From Hamiltosporidium tvaerminnensis FI-OER-3-3 (Eukaryota; Fungi; Microsporidia), in assembly GCA_022605425.2 (NCBI GenBank), contig CM061248.1, positions 744,001 to 808,000 of the forward strand: a stretch of DNA of 64,000 nucleotides, given 5' to 3'. Below the pieces are notes generated by a model that was not told where the DNA came from, did no database searches, and saw only the letters and a list, made by a program, of their open reading frames with translations. The position numbers and the translations under genes were made by a program. Below are positions 11,410 to 23,616 of the stretch, piece after piece. Position 1 is the stretch's first letter; every line of letters starts with the position of its first letter.

Positions 11410-12951
11410 TTAAGATAGCATTGAAACCTTCAAATATAAGTCATGTAAAACATTAGTATATAGATCTGAAAAATGAATAAAATCTAGATTTGAGTCATCT
11501 AGAAATATATAAACTAAAATGTTATTTAAATAACAGATATATATATTTTGTGTTATATAAAATGATAAGTTGCTTTGTAAAATATTCGGAAATTCGGGAT
11601 ATTCAATTACTTGTTTGCTATTTATATTTTCATAGTTGAAATTGGGTATGAAACGGCGAAATAAATGGGCTAACTCAACTCGAAGTTTGTATGAATCAAA
11701 GGAATTTAGATCTGTCCGTCTAGTTTCAACTTCTTTGATGATTTTGGATTTTATATCTTCGATATAGATATTTAAATGACTAGCTATGTTCAATTTAGGA
11801 AATATTTTCGAAAAAATTGAGATAATATTCCATTCTACAAAGTTATTCGCATCGTAATCTCTAATAAACTCATCAGCAAAAAATTTATCGAGAAATCTAT
11901 TTATTTTTTCATAAATTTCAATTCTATTGTAATTTGACAAATGAAAGATTCTCAAATACATTTTAATAAATACATTTAAATAAAACAATTTATGTTTTGA
12001 TTGTATATTATCAGGGGAATAAATGAAACTTTCTAGGAGTATTAACGCCGAATATTCCAATAGTTTATATGCATCTATGTCAATATACTTTAATAAAGAA
12101 ACCATCACTAATCTTAAATACAGTATTAATCTTTTATTATTAGTTTCCATATTTATATCTATATTGTAAATGTATAAATATGTTTTAAAGTTCGATTTAT
12201 CATCGTTAATTTGGCTCAATATTTTATCGAGCAATGAAACAAACAAATATATTGTGGGGTATTTGTCTTGTAGTTGTTTTTTAACAGATAGAAATCTCAA
12301 TAATATGTCTCTAATACTTTCAAATTCAGGCAGCAGTATTTTATGATATGGATGTAAATTTTGAATTATTTTTTCTATTTTTATTCTTAATTCAATTGCA
12401 ATATTATTTTCACCTGATAACAAAAAATTTGTGTTTTCATATTTTTTTAGAGCAAGCATAAGGTTATCATAGGTACTTGCAAAGTTTTTAAAATTAAGAA
12501 TATTGTCGATACAAGAATCCACACTGCTATATAAGTCATTTAAGCCAGTGATTTCAAAAGGTGTAGAAGCGGATCCGTGAAGACTATTTTCTTTTATTAC
12601 ATACGAAGAAAGGAATAGAGATGAAGTTTCTGGTGATATACAGCTGCTTTTCTCCGCAAAAAACACATCCAGATCTTTCATTTTTCTAGGTTGTTTTTCA
12701 ATCTTATCCCAGATTTCAAATATCTGTGAATGTAATTTCTTTATAAAATCATTTTGATCATCATTTGAAAAATCGTTTTTCTCAGTAGTATTTGCATTGC
12801 TGTTTGATGTTTTATGTTTCAAAGCAGAGGCTCTTATACAATATTTGCTATTTATCCCATCCAATTCAAATGAAATGTCCCTAAATAATATGGTAAAGAA
12901 ATAAAAAAGAAAAGATGAACTTTTACTTTTTAACCAAGCCTTCAAATACAT
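11410..12951 (-). CDS. Lineage-specific hypothetical protein with hydrophobic N-terminus; paralog of 2..1414
   Basis: Long ORF, first ATG at 12951, N-terminal FLFYFFTILF segment and the shared LPEFExIRDxL block. Confidence 0.8.
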   Translation of the reverse strand: MYLKAWLKSKSSSFLFYFFTILFRDISFELDGINSKYCIRASALKHKTSNSNANTTEKNDFSNDDQNDFIKKLHSQIFEIWDKIEKQPRKMKDLDVFFAEKSSCISPETSSLFLSSYVIKENSLHGSASTPFEITGLNDLYSSVDSCIDNILNFKNFASTYDNLMLALKKYENTNFLLSGENNIAIELRIKIEKIIQNLHPYHKILLPEFESIRDILLRFLSVKKQLQDKYPTIYLFVSLLDKILSQINDDKSNFKTYLYIYNIDINMETNNKRLILYLRLVMVSLLKYIDIDAYKLLEYSALILLESFIYSPDNIQSKHKLFYLNVFIKMYLRIFHLSNYNRIEIYEKINRFLDKFFADEFIRDYDANNFVEWNIISIFSKIFPKLNIASHLNIYIEDIKSKIIKEVETRRTDLNSFDSYKLRVELAHLFRRFIPNFNYENINSKQVIEYPEFPNILQSNLSFYITQNIYICYLNNILVYIFLDDSNLDFIHFSDLYTNVLHDLYLKVSMLS

Positions 12952-13133
12952 CCACACGAAATTATTTAAAGATTTTTTTTATAAAAAAAAAATTAGCCGG
13001 TTAAAGAAATACAGAAAAAAAATTTAGCAAATTTGATCAAATTAAAATATCTATTAAAAGTTAAAAAAGATTTTTAAAGAAGAAACGTTCTTATAGGTAC
13101 TATTTTGAAAAAAAATTATTGTTTGAAAAAAAT

Positions 13134-13833
13134 ATAACGACAATAAAAACATCTGCTTGGTAATAAAGAGGCGAAATTGATGTATGAAATCCTTATTTGG
13201 GAACTTAATGGAAATTAACGGAAATTAAACCACATTAGATTTTCGGTTGTTCTATGGGAGTTTGAATGAAGGAAAGAGAGTCTATGAAATGGCGAAACTT
13301 AATCTAAAAATTTATTTTTGGTTTTTTTTGCAACTAGATATGAGACCGCTTTTAAACTTATAGGTAATCGCCGTGTAAAATCATGTAAATTTAGCCTTGC
13401 TTACTCGGTTTAGAAGATTAGGCCCCTGGAAGATATAAAACCAAAATTCTATGAAACCAGGAAAGCTAAGATATGTTATAACTGTTTGTAGAATTGCCAA
13501 TCTAAGTGGACCCCATGTAAATCGCCGAAATATCTTAGTAAGAGGTTTACGAGGTTCGGCTATTGTAGAGTAAGAGGGAATGCTGCATAGTCTTGGTAGG
13601 AGAGCTCAGAAAGGGCTTCTACCTAAGATCACACTAGATGCAGCGGACAGTAATGAAAGCCGGCAACTGCTTCATCTATCAATTGGGTTATCCACCCTTT
13701 TTTGAATAAAAAGCTTTGGGATGTAGGCATCGTAGGGGTACCAATGGAGTGTTGGGTATCAGTTATTTGTTAAACCTAGAACCGCGTTAATTTAATGAAT
13801 ACAAGTATAACACTTACCACATTTTTAAATAAA
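13134..13833 (+). repeat. ~700 bp dispersed element, copy A
   Basis: Colinear with copies B-E. Shared blocks include GAAATGGCGAAACTT, TAGCCTTGCT, GTGGACCCCATGTAA, GAATGCTGCATAGTCT and TAGGCATCG. Confidence 0.85.
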
Positions 13834-16800
13834 TTTATTCTGATTTTAATTTATAACTCTTCTGATAAATTCTAAATTATCATTTAAATTTCAAAAAAAA
13901 AATTAAATAAATCTCAACAAATTAAATTACTTTCTGCCTTCTAATGAAAAAGAATCGTAGGTCATAATATAACCTTTATGAGTATCAAACATTTCAATCC
14001 TATATTAAAATACGTTATTCATTATTTTATTATGTATTCCATTATAAAAAGTTATCTCATCTAAGATTAAAGATATAAGCCATAAAAAATAATGTTAATA
14101 TCTAATTAAATATATTACACTTCTAAATAAATATATTATGGATTAAATAAAATTTTATACTAAATAAGGAAAAAAGATCATTTAAATAGAAATAAACACA
14201 AAACCAAATTATAATATAGTATTCATCTTTAAAATAATATTGCAGTTGCTACACTCGGTTTAAATATATTTACAGATATAAACATGAGTTTACTAGAGTA
14301 AATAGTTCTAATTAATATATAACTTTCTCTATTCATATTACTATATAGAATAAAAATTTGTATCTGTAGAAATAATAAGAATTATATTACCGATAATTTG
14401 GCTTATATATCAAAATTAATACTATTTCTAATGACCTTCTTATGATATAATATTTTGTTTTCACTTTATAAAGACATAGATTTAATAAATGCTGATAAAA
14501 CACACATTAAAATCAATTTCTTTACATTTATATAAAAATATACGTGTTTTAAAACAGAAATTATAATGAATATTTTAAAAATATCTGGAATATGTCTGTT
14601 ACCCAATAGAAAAATACAAAACGATGAGAATATGCAACAGCCTCGGACCTGCCTCGACATTTCACATGTAAAATTATTGATTTATTCCGTATATCAGACT
14701 CTCATGTTTATTTTATTGGTTTTTAGTAGTTTTTTCTACTAAGTCATTACTTAATTCTTATTGCTATTTTATTTTGGTTCCCCTGTTTTTCTTTGCCATA
14801 CTCCTTCTTAAAATGGATAAATAAATTTAAAAAATTTAAGGTTTGTTAAATCTTCTCTTTTAAAGTGTATTTTAGTATATTGGGTCTTAATTTTTATATT
14901 TTTTATTATTTTCATATTTTAAGATTTAAAAACAAAAAAATGCCACTCACGAGGAAAAGTATTAAAATCAAGAGATAAAATATTTCACGAAGAAATAAAT
15001 TCAAACAAATTAATATCATACAATTATTTTTCCTTTTTTTAATTAGATGTAATTTTTTTTAAAGTTTAGTTTTTCTGAATTTTTTAATAATTTATTTGTG
15101 AGCAAATTTTCAGTTAGAATAATATTTTTTATCTTTTTACATTATGCTTAAGGTTTTTCTATTTTTTTATACTTTTAAATATATTACTTATAAAAAATGC
15201 TATTTTATTAAAATTCTTAATTTATCATTATAACTCCCAATATTCTGCCAAAAAAGTTGTGTTTCCTTTCGAAAAAACCTTAGGAACAGAATTATTGTCA
15301 AACATAATCCGTTTTAAATTGTGATGATCTACTGAATTTTGCTTTTGAATGAGTGAACTTCAACTAGGAAGTGAAAGAAACATTTTATTACGGCAATAAA
15401 TATGGCATCTTTAATAAAGGGGCACAGTTTAATTTGTTTTAAGCATTAAATCGTATGTTTAATAATGATGGCTGCTTTCGAATACTCCATCATTTTCTAA
15501 AATATCAAAGCTTTTCACTAAAAAATATATCGAATCTATATAATGATCAAGTATTACGCGGGTTCGTAAAATTCCGTTTCCTAGAGTGTCATCGCAGGTT
15601 TAACTTCATAATGAGCTATCTAATATCAGACAGATTTGCTCCTTTATTCTATATCTTATCAAATGAATACTCTTCCAGCCAATATTTATTTTGGTGACAG
15701 GAATAGCGCTAACTAAAAATTATCATGTCATAACAACCTATATTCTACATCTTGGTTTTCTGGGCGTTTTAAAGATTATATTTTTTGTATTTTTCAGACC
15801 ATAACTTTTAAGCCAAGCTATGTTTTCAGGCGTATGCATAGTATCTACAAAATAATCATTAGTATTTTTCAACATATTTGATAAGACTATAAACGAATTT
15901 ATAGAATATATAATTTCTTTATACAAATACGCATATAATCCGAAAATTTATTGTTACTCCTGCTTTACCAAAAAAGCCCAAATGATTATTTCACACCAAT
16001 TCGCCGAATAATTATCAAGGCGATCGGCTAATTTATTTACTTATATGCAAGAAAAATATAATTGTATTCATAGTTTTTTCAATTAAATACATGTTTAGAG
16101 ATTATAAATATAACGATTTTTAAGAAGTTTAAATCAAACAATGTAATTTAGATTTAAAGTTTTTATTTGTGAAGTAATTCTAAGGTATTTTTAGAATGGA
16201 TTCAAATTATTTAAATTCAAGAATTCAAAGTATAATTTATTCTTTTTGCAAAAATTTATGTATAGACACATCAAATTCGATATACAATAGAGTAAAGACA
16301 AGACGACGATGCTCCCCTCGAAAATTTTATGTATTGAAAAGAGAAACACCCTAATGCATTGTTTACTTTAAGAAAATGGCTTATAAATTTGTTCATACAA
16401 ATTTACAACAAATATAAATGTGCAGAAGTAGAAAATGACACACCTTCGGCACTTTCGGTCGGTTCAAATTTTTTCAATACTGATTATTTTCAAATATCTT
16501 ATAGACTTTTTTACTTCATATGAACAGAGTTAATCGAAATATTTTTTTACAGATGCAAATTTTTCTTTTTATTCCAAAAAAATACATTTAATCTTTTTGT
16601 TAAGAACTTAGAGTTTCTCAATTACTTGTCTTAACAGTAGCGAGTATAATAATGTAAAAAGCTTCTTCTCATAAGTTGTAATGTATTATGAGTAATAATC
16701 CAATAATAATTTAAGCTGCAAAAAATTCCATGGAATTTTATACTCGTAAATAATTTATCACATTCTGAATAGAAGAATAAAGAAACATTATGATATTAAA

Positions 16801-17680
16801 TAGAAAATACACCATAAAACTATTAAATATATTTTTTTAACCTGTAATACACTTCATAAACCTTAAAGACAAAGAAATATCAACCAGAAAAGAAATAAAT
16901 AGATATTTAACTTAAATTAGAAGAAGGAAATATAACGGCTAAAGCTAATAAAAATTTCAAATCAAGTAAAACAAAAGAGGAGAAATAAGACAAATAAAAA
17001 AAACTTAAAATTTTATTAAAATACTCAAAGACACCTAAGGATGTTAATATGAACGATTTAAAATTTACGAACAAACAGAAGAGGTGTGAGTATGAAATCA
17101 GAATTGAAAATATTAAAAAATCATGGCTTAAATAATGAATTTTAAGTAAATCAATCTACAAGCTTAGTATTATTTTATGTTGAGTGTAAAATAAGGTACG
17201 TTTCGACGGGCTTGGCGACCACTAAAAATTCAATAGTTTTATTATGACATACCTATATGTCAATATTTGACTCCTTTTAAAATATTTTTATTTCTCAAAT
17301 CCTAAATAGTATTCGTCTAAGAAATATTTGGAAGAAATGCAACAAAAAGTTGCTTTTAGGTTTATCTTAAAAAAAATAAATAACCTATTATTTCTATTAT
17401 AAGGATAAAGATTTTAATGATTTGTAAGTTAGGCCTTATTGGATTCAATAAAGATAATATAATCAATAGAAATTCGCAAAAAATTTTTTTGATTCTACTA
17501 CCGAACATATCAATAAAGTTTTAAACAAAAAAATGGATTTGTGTAGCCAATAAGCTAAATTGCATTATTTCTGAATGTTTTTTTTTGCGTAATTTGTTCA
17601 CAAAAAAGGGACAAAAAGTATATAATAGTTTGAAAAATAGTAGAATAATGAAATCGACAAAATCTATTATTTTGACAATT

Positions 17681-17965
17681 ATGAAAGTTTATTTACTTGG
17701 ATTTCTTATTGCCAAAGCATTATGTGGAGCAGGAGGAGCGCCACCACCAGAAGGAGCCCCACCAGCTGGAGGAGCGCCAGGTGGTGAATGCATTTGCGGA
17801 CCGTCGGGATGTTTCCCTGCTTCTGATCCAGATGCACCAATGAAAGCTGGTCTTGCACCTCCTCAAGGAGGATCAGATGGACAGGCTGGACCAAGCGGCG
17901 GGCCAGGTGGAGCAAAAGGTGGCAAAGGATCAAATCCACCGCAAGGAGGACCACCAGCAAAATAA
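17681..17965 (+). CDS. Small secreted Gly/Pro-rich protein
   Basis: MKVYLLGFLIAKALCG signal-like N-terminus, GGAPPP repeats and a CICGPSGC motif. Forms a GC-rich island. An alternative in-frame ATG lies at 17648. Confidence 0.8.
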   Translation: MKVYLLGFLIAKALCGAGGAPPPEGAPPAGGAPGGECICGPSGCFPASDPDAPMKAGLAPPQGGSDGQAGPSGGPGGAKGGKGSNPPQGGPPAK

Positions 17966-19088
17966 AATGCTTAGAAATAAAAGTTTAAGAATAACTTTTT
18001 TATTTTTTATTTTTAATTTCATGTATTAAAACAATTTTTTAAGGAGAGAATATATATATTATACAAACATCTTATGCTTTTTATAAATAAAATATTTATA
18101 TAAAGTAGAATTATAAATATAAACAGAAATACATAGTGAAAGAAATAAACGCCCTGTAAAATATAATAGATTACGAGTTGAAATAACTCAAATTAATTAT
18201 TACGAATTCTTATAATGCCAATTTTATGATTTTCTAAGTCTTCAACAATTTTTTATTACTTATTAGAACCTATAAATACATTACATTGATATTAAAATGT
18301 AAACTGGCAATAGATTTACATTCATACACATTCTTAAATCAAAATTTTATATTCATTTATTTACAAATATAGTATACTATCTTATAATCAATATTTCTTT
18401 GAGTTTCGTATATTTTTTTATACATTTTATCATTACTTGTACGTACTAAACAAATTTAAATTATTCCTTAGAATTATAATATTCATCTTTGAACTAAATA
18501 ATAATTCTTAATTATATTTTTAAGCAAATATTTATCGCTTTTTATATTTCAAATATTTACTTTAAATTACCTAAATCTTATTAATACTGATTTAAAACTC
18601 CAATTTAATTTAATAAAACTTAAAAACAAAATATAAATACAGATAAGAACATTAAAAAGATCTTTTTTTGATAATATAGTAGAATATACCTAGCAAAACA
18701 AATATTTTATATAAACTAAGAAAACATTATAAAATAGGGTTTTACTTTATCTTAAAATTAAAATACAACTAACTTACAAAACTTTACAAGAATCTCTTAT
18801 TTTTTTTAACTTATATATTATTTTAATTTACCATATATAGTAAAAACATATAATTTACTAATTTTAAACCTAAAATACAATAAAAAATAATTAACCTCAT
18901 ATTAAAAAACAAAAAAATACCTTTCATTAAAAATAACAATCACTGCAATTACACTACCATACCATATCCATTACTTATTATTATCTTCTACTTATCTAAA
19001 ATATTTTACTACATAATTAAATACTTAATCAATATCTATATTTGAAACATGTTACATATATAAACAACAGATCAATAACAAAAAAAAC

Positions 19089-19391
19089 ATGATACTTCCA
19101 CCTGAACTGTACACACGCGAAAGACAAGAATACGATTTAAAAGATTTAAAAATGTATTATTTTTTAATAATGGATTTGAATTTAGGAGAAAATATAAACA
19201 TTAAAAGAAGTTTTTTCTGGTTAAAGAAATTGGTGGGTACTGAGCGGTTTTTAGAGGAAGTTACTTTTCTTAGAGATTTTATATATGCGTGCAGAGCCAA
19301 TAGACACGCAATCGATAGTAATTTTAAAAATATTCTTGAAAAAATGGAGTGTTTTAAAACTCAAACAGGTAAAAAGATAGTCGGTAATTAA
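19089..19391 (+). CDS. Hypothetical protein (100 aa)
   Basis: ATG-started ORF with protein-like composition in an otherwise very AT-rich stretch. No motif recognised. Confidence 0.55.
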   Translation: MILPPELYTRERQEYDLKDLKMYYFLIMDLNLGENINIKRSFFWLKKLVGTERFLEEVTFLRDFIYACRANRHAIDSNFKNILEKMECFKTQTGKKIVGN

Positions 19392-19769
19392 AAATGTTAT
19401 TTTTTAATGTAAAATGGATTATCTTAAAAGAAATTAACTGAGAAGATATTGAGTAATTAAATATTCTGTTTGATAACTACAATTATATAAATATAAATAC
19501 TAATTATAGTAAGAAAATGGTAAATAATGAAATATTCTGTTTGAATATTACAATTATATGATTTCAATACTTGGTAATTAAATAGTAAATCATAAAATAT
19601 TCTATTTGAATATTACAAGTGAAGCATTTGAATACTAATTATAGTAAGTAATTAAAGGTAATTCTTTGTAAATTATAGTCTTTAAAATTTATTTCTATTG
19701 ATTACATAAAAATTACCTTTAAAGTATATAATGGTCATTAAACACCTAAATATGATAGAACTTTTGTAA

Positions 19770-19962
19770 ATAACACCCTTTTAAATATCAGTAATTGTTT
19801 ATGTGATTAAAGTACTTTATTTTTTTAGTAATTCTTGTAGTGATTAACACACTTTAATATGAATATAACACCCTTTTAAATATCAGTAATTGTTTATCTG
19901 ATTAAAGTACTTTATTTTTTTAGTAATTCTTGTAGTGATTAACACACTTTAATATGAATATA
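19770..19962. repeat. Two ~95 bp tandem copies
   Basis: TAACACCCTTTTAAATATCAGTAATTG... starts at 19771 and 19866. Confidence 0.9.
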
Positions 19963-20353
19963 ATATACTTAGTAACTAATACCCTTTAATATATAGCCTT
20001 TACACACTATAATTAAAACCCTTTAAATCATTTAAATATACTTAGTAACTAACACCCTTTAATATATAGCCTTTACACACTATAATTAAAACCCTTTAAT
20101 ATGAATATAATATACTTAGTAACTAACACCCTTTAATATATAGCCTTTACACACTATAATTAAAACCCTTTAAATCATTTAAATATACTTAGTAACTAAC
20201 ACCCTTTAATATATAGCCTTAACACTCTATAATTAAAACCCTTTAAATCATTTAAATATACTTAGTAACTAACACCCTTTAATATATAGCCTTAACACTC
20301 TATAATTAAAACCCTTTAAATCATTTAAATATACTTAGTAACTAACACCCTTT
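19962..20353. repeat. Minisatellite, ~73 bp unit x ~5.3
   Basis: TACTTAGTAACT recurs at about 19966, 20039, 20113, 20186, 20259 and 20332. Confidence 0.92.
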
Positions 20354-20364
20354 ATTTATTATAC

Positions 20365-20844
20365 TCAACTCTTTTTAACCTCAGTTTTATTTCCATCCGA
20401 CCTAACAGTAACGGTCTTTGCTCCACCACCCGGTTTAGAAACACTAACAGTATGTGTGTTACCACCAGGCCCATTATAAGAAGAAGAAGAAGACGAATGC
20501 ATACCACTACCACCACTCCCACCACTACCCCCTTCTGGTACTTTTATATCAGGAAAAGACATACCAGGAAATGTCATACCAGGCATAGTCATACCAGGAA
20601 ATGTCATACCAGGGGATGTCATACCTGTATCGTTACCACCAGTATGGTTAGTATCATGGTCCTTATTACTACCTTGACTGTCAGGTGTACTCTTACCACC
20701 ACTCCCACTACTCTGTGAGGACATAGAAACCTGAGTACAAGATACACCAAATATACTTAACCCACCAAATATAGCAAATATACTTAAAATACCAAATATA
20801 CCAACTGTACTTAACATATCAGATATTCTAAAATTACTGAACAT
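20365..20844 (-). CDS. Gly/Ser-rich putative secreted or surface protein with GMTxP repeats
   Basis: Hydrophobic N-terminus with repeated SIFG-like units, about 5 GM(T/S)xP pentapeptides and Gly/Ser tracts. Confidence 0.78.
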   Translation of the reverse strand: MFSNFRISDMLSTVGIFGILSIFAIFGGLSIFGVSCTQVSMSSQSSGSGGKSTPDSQGSNKDHDTNHTGGNDTGMTSPGMTFPGMTMPGMTFPGMSFPDIKVPEGGSGGSGGSGMHSSSSSSYNGPGGNTHTVSVSKPGGGAKTVTVRSDGNKTEVKKS

Positions 20845-20940
20845 ATTTTTTCTCTTAATTTTTTTCTATTTTTATACATTTGTGTCTCCTTTTTTTTACT
20901 TTTTTTTTGGTTTACAGAAATCCACCCGTTATTTTCTTTT

Positions 20941-20958
20941 GGCGGTATTTTTACCGCC
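20941..20958. promoter_or_regulatory. Perfect GC-rich palindrome GGCGGTA-TTTT-TACCGCC
   Basis: 7-bp inverted arms with a 4-nt spacer, ~100 bp upstream of the 20844 ATG. Function inferred only. Confidence 0.4.
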
Positions 20959-21602
20959 TATAAATTAAAAGGTGTTAATTTCCATTTGTTAAATATATTT
21001 TTATATGTTTTTAATAGGTGTTAAAATACAGTATTTTATAAGGTTAAGGATTTAAAGGGTGATAGAGTATAAATAGAGTGTAAATTTGATGTTTAGGAAT
21101 TGTAAAGGGGTGTTAATAATAGAGTTGGTAGATTAAAGTGGGTTTAATGGTAGAAATGCTAGTTTAAGGGGGTTTAAGGTTAGGATTGAGATTAAAAGGG
21201 TGTTAGTAATAGGTTCGCATGTTAAAAGGGTGTTAGGGTATGTGTTAGTATTTATAGGGTGTTAATACAAGATCTATAACTAAAAGGGTGTTAAATAGAT
21301 TAGTAAGCTGTCTTAATATTAAAGGTCTTTAAAACCTATACGTCTTAATTACCCTTTCCACATACCTTATACCTTATATTACTTATATCTTATATCTTAT
21401 ATCCTATATCCTATACCTTATATCCTAAACCTTATATCCTATAATCCTATACCTTATATCATATATCCTATAATCCTATACTAACTTATTATTAACACCC
21501 ACCCTTTATACCCATACTAACTTATTATTAACACCCACCCTATAACACTACCCTATTACACTTTATACTCCTACATTATTTACTCTACATTTCTACCCTT
21601 CT

Positions 21603-22877
21603 ATGTCACAAAATAACACTACCACCACCATAGATACTCTAATATCAGACACGTTAATACAAATAGAAGAATTACAAAATAAAATAAAAAAAAATGAAGA
21701 TTTTGAACCTAACAAATCCAAAATATTACATTTATGGAAGAAAGCAAGTACAGAGAAATACAGTGATAGTGAAATACTTTTTATTAAAGAGGAGTATTTT
21801 AGAAGTAAGGAATGTACAGATTATTTAGTTGTGCAGTATTTGTTATTACAGGGTAATTATGATATAGTAGATACATTAATTAGTGAGATATGTAAGATTG
21901 GTATTGGTGAGGGTAAAGAAGATTATAGGGATGGGATAGATAGTAATACTAGTGATAAAGATAATACTGGTGATAAAGATATAATTAATATTAATAAAGA
22001 TATAGTTAATAATATTAAAGATATAATTAATATTAATAAAGATATAGTTAGTAATAAAGATATAAATAATAATAAAGATATAACTAATAATAAAGATATA
22101 ATTAATAATAATAAAGATATAACTAATATTACTACTAATATTAATGACAATACATATCTCATTATTAGGTCTTTGAGGGATAATCATCTTGATTTGATGG
22201 AAATGGTAAATGAATTGAAAAATGGAAAATTTGAAAAAATAGAAAAATTTATTGAAGAAAATAAAAATTTATTGAGGGGTAAAGATCTTTTATTTTATTA
22301 TAACTGTTTACAATTTATTACGTTTACACGTAATAAATGGTACAAACGTGGTATAATTTTTGCGAGGGAAAATTTAAAAGAATATTTTATGAGTCGGCAA
22401 TTTAATAAACGGGTAAAACGGTTGATGTGTATTTTGAGTGGTACTGATTATGAAGTGTATTGGAAGTATTATTTAGAAAAGATTGTAGAGCAGGTGTGTG
22501 TAGATTTCTGTTATTTGAAAAATTATCCGGGGACAAATATTTTGGATATTTTGTTTCGAAATGGAAAAAATGTTTTTCCTGAGTTGGTGCAGGCGTCTGC
22601 TAATTATTTTAAACAGAGTGTTGTTACGGTGGATGAGGAAGAAATACCGGTACAGGTTAGTGTTACGGAGGATGGTAAGTTTCATTCACAGTTTGTTTGT
22701 CCGGTACTTAAAGTTTTGTGTGAAAATGATAATTTACCTTCGCTTTTGGAGTGTGGACATGTTATTTCTAGTAAGGCAGTGTCTAAATTATCTAAAAATA
22801 ATACTTTTGTTTGTTTTAAGTGTCCGTACTGTCCACAGGAGAGTAGAACAGAGAATATTGTTACTATAAGGTTGTAG
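21603..22877 (+). CDS. RMD5: GID/CTLH complex RING E3 ligase subunit (Rmd5/Gid2/RMND5)
   Basis: LisH-like LVVQYLLLQGNYDIV and C-terminal FHSQFVCPV...LECGHVIS...FKCPYCP. Contains an Asn/Asp/Lys/Ile low-complexity insertion at ~21940-22150. Confidence 0.88.
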   Translation: MSQNNTTTTIDTLISDTLIQIEELQNKIKKNEDFEPNKSKILHLWKKASTEKYSDSEILFIKEEYFRSKECTDYLVVQYLLLQGNYDIVDTLISEICKIGIGEGKEDYRDGIDSNTSDKDNTGDKDIININKDIVNNIKDIININKDIVSNKDINNNKDITNNKDIINNNKDITNITTNINDNTYLIIRSLRDNHLDLMEMVNELKNGKFEKIEKFIEENKNLLRGKDLLFYYNCLQFITFTRNKWYKRGIIFARENLKEYFMSRQFNKRVKRLMCILSGTDYEVYWKYYLEKIVEQVCVDFCYLKNYPGTNILDILFRNGKNVFPELVQASANYFKQSVVTVDEEEIPVQVSVTEDGKFHSQFVCPVLKVLCENDNLPSLLECGHVISSKAVSKLSKNNTFVCFKCPYCPQESRTENIVTIRL

Positions 22878-22929
22878 TTTTAATGGTATTTGTTGGTGTT
22901 TTAACTTTTGATGTGGTTTGTAAAAATGA

Positions 22930-23480
22930 TATTTCCTAATTCTATTTCTTAATATTTCTTTTCTTTTTCTCTTATCTCTTTATTTCCTACTTTTATTTTT
23001 ATTTTTATTTTTCTCTTATCTCTTTATTTTTCTTTTATTTTTTTTTAATATTTCTTAATATTTCTTTTATTTCTTTTATTTTTATTTTTCTCTTTATTTC
23101 CTAATTCTATTTTTCTTAATATTTCTTTATATTTCTTTTATTTTTCTCTTATCTCTTATTTCCTACTTCCTATTTCTTAATATTTCTTTAGATTTCTCTG
23201 TTTTAAATATTTCTTAGATCTTATGATGTTTTTTTATTATTTCTTTAGATTTCTCTCTTTTATATATTTCTTTATTTCCCTTTTAAGATTTATATTTCTT
23301 CCAAATTAAGTTTTTATTTTCATTTTTCATAAATCTACTTCTTTTTCTAATTATTGTTTTTTTTAATCTTTCTTCTTATTTTTCATATTATCTACTTCTT
23401 TTTCTAATTATTGTTTTTTTTAACCCTTCTTCTTATTTTTCATATCATCTACTTCTTTTTTTACTTAAAAAACTTCTTTT
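22930..23480. repeat. T/C-rich low-complexity intergenic tract with short duplications
   Basis: Nearly G-free. ATCTACTTCTTTTT recurs three times at ~23332-23460. Confidence 0.7.
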
Positions 23481-23616
23481 TTTTTTATTCATTTAAAATC
23501 CTAAAAAAAAATCTTAAAACTATTTTACAAAAGAAAGATAAAACTCTGTTTTAAATTGAAAATAAATATTTTTTAAAAAAATTTATCCCTTAAAAAAACA
23601 AAAAGCAAATAAAGAA

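Noticed and set aside
16436-16470. GGTTCAAAT T-loop-like motif suggesting a tRNA
   Set aside because: No cloverleaf can be folded. No tRNA or rRNA was recognised in the window.
19962-20353. Regular repeats resembling a CRISPR array (also 24138-24332 and 39104-39531)
   Set aside because: Whole units repeat with no unique spacers, there are no cas genes, and the context is eukaryotic.
21876-22869. Overlapping ORFs within RMD5, and similar shadows inside other genes
   Set aside because: Antisense or alternate-frame products of low-complexity or coding sequence.
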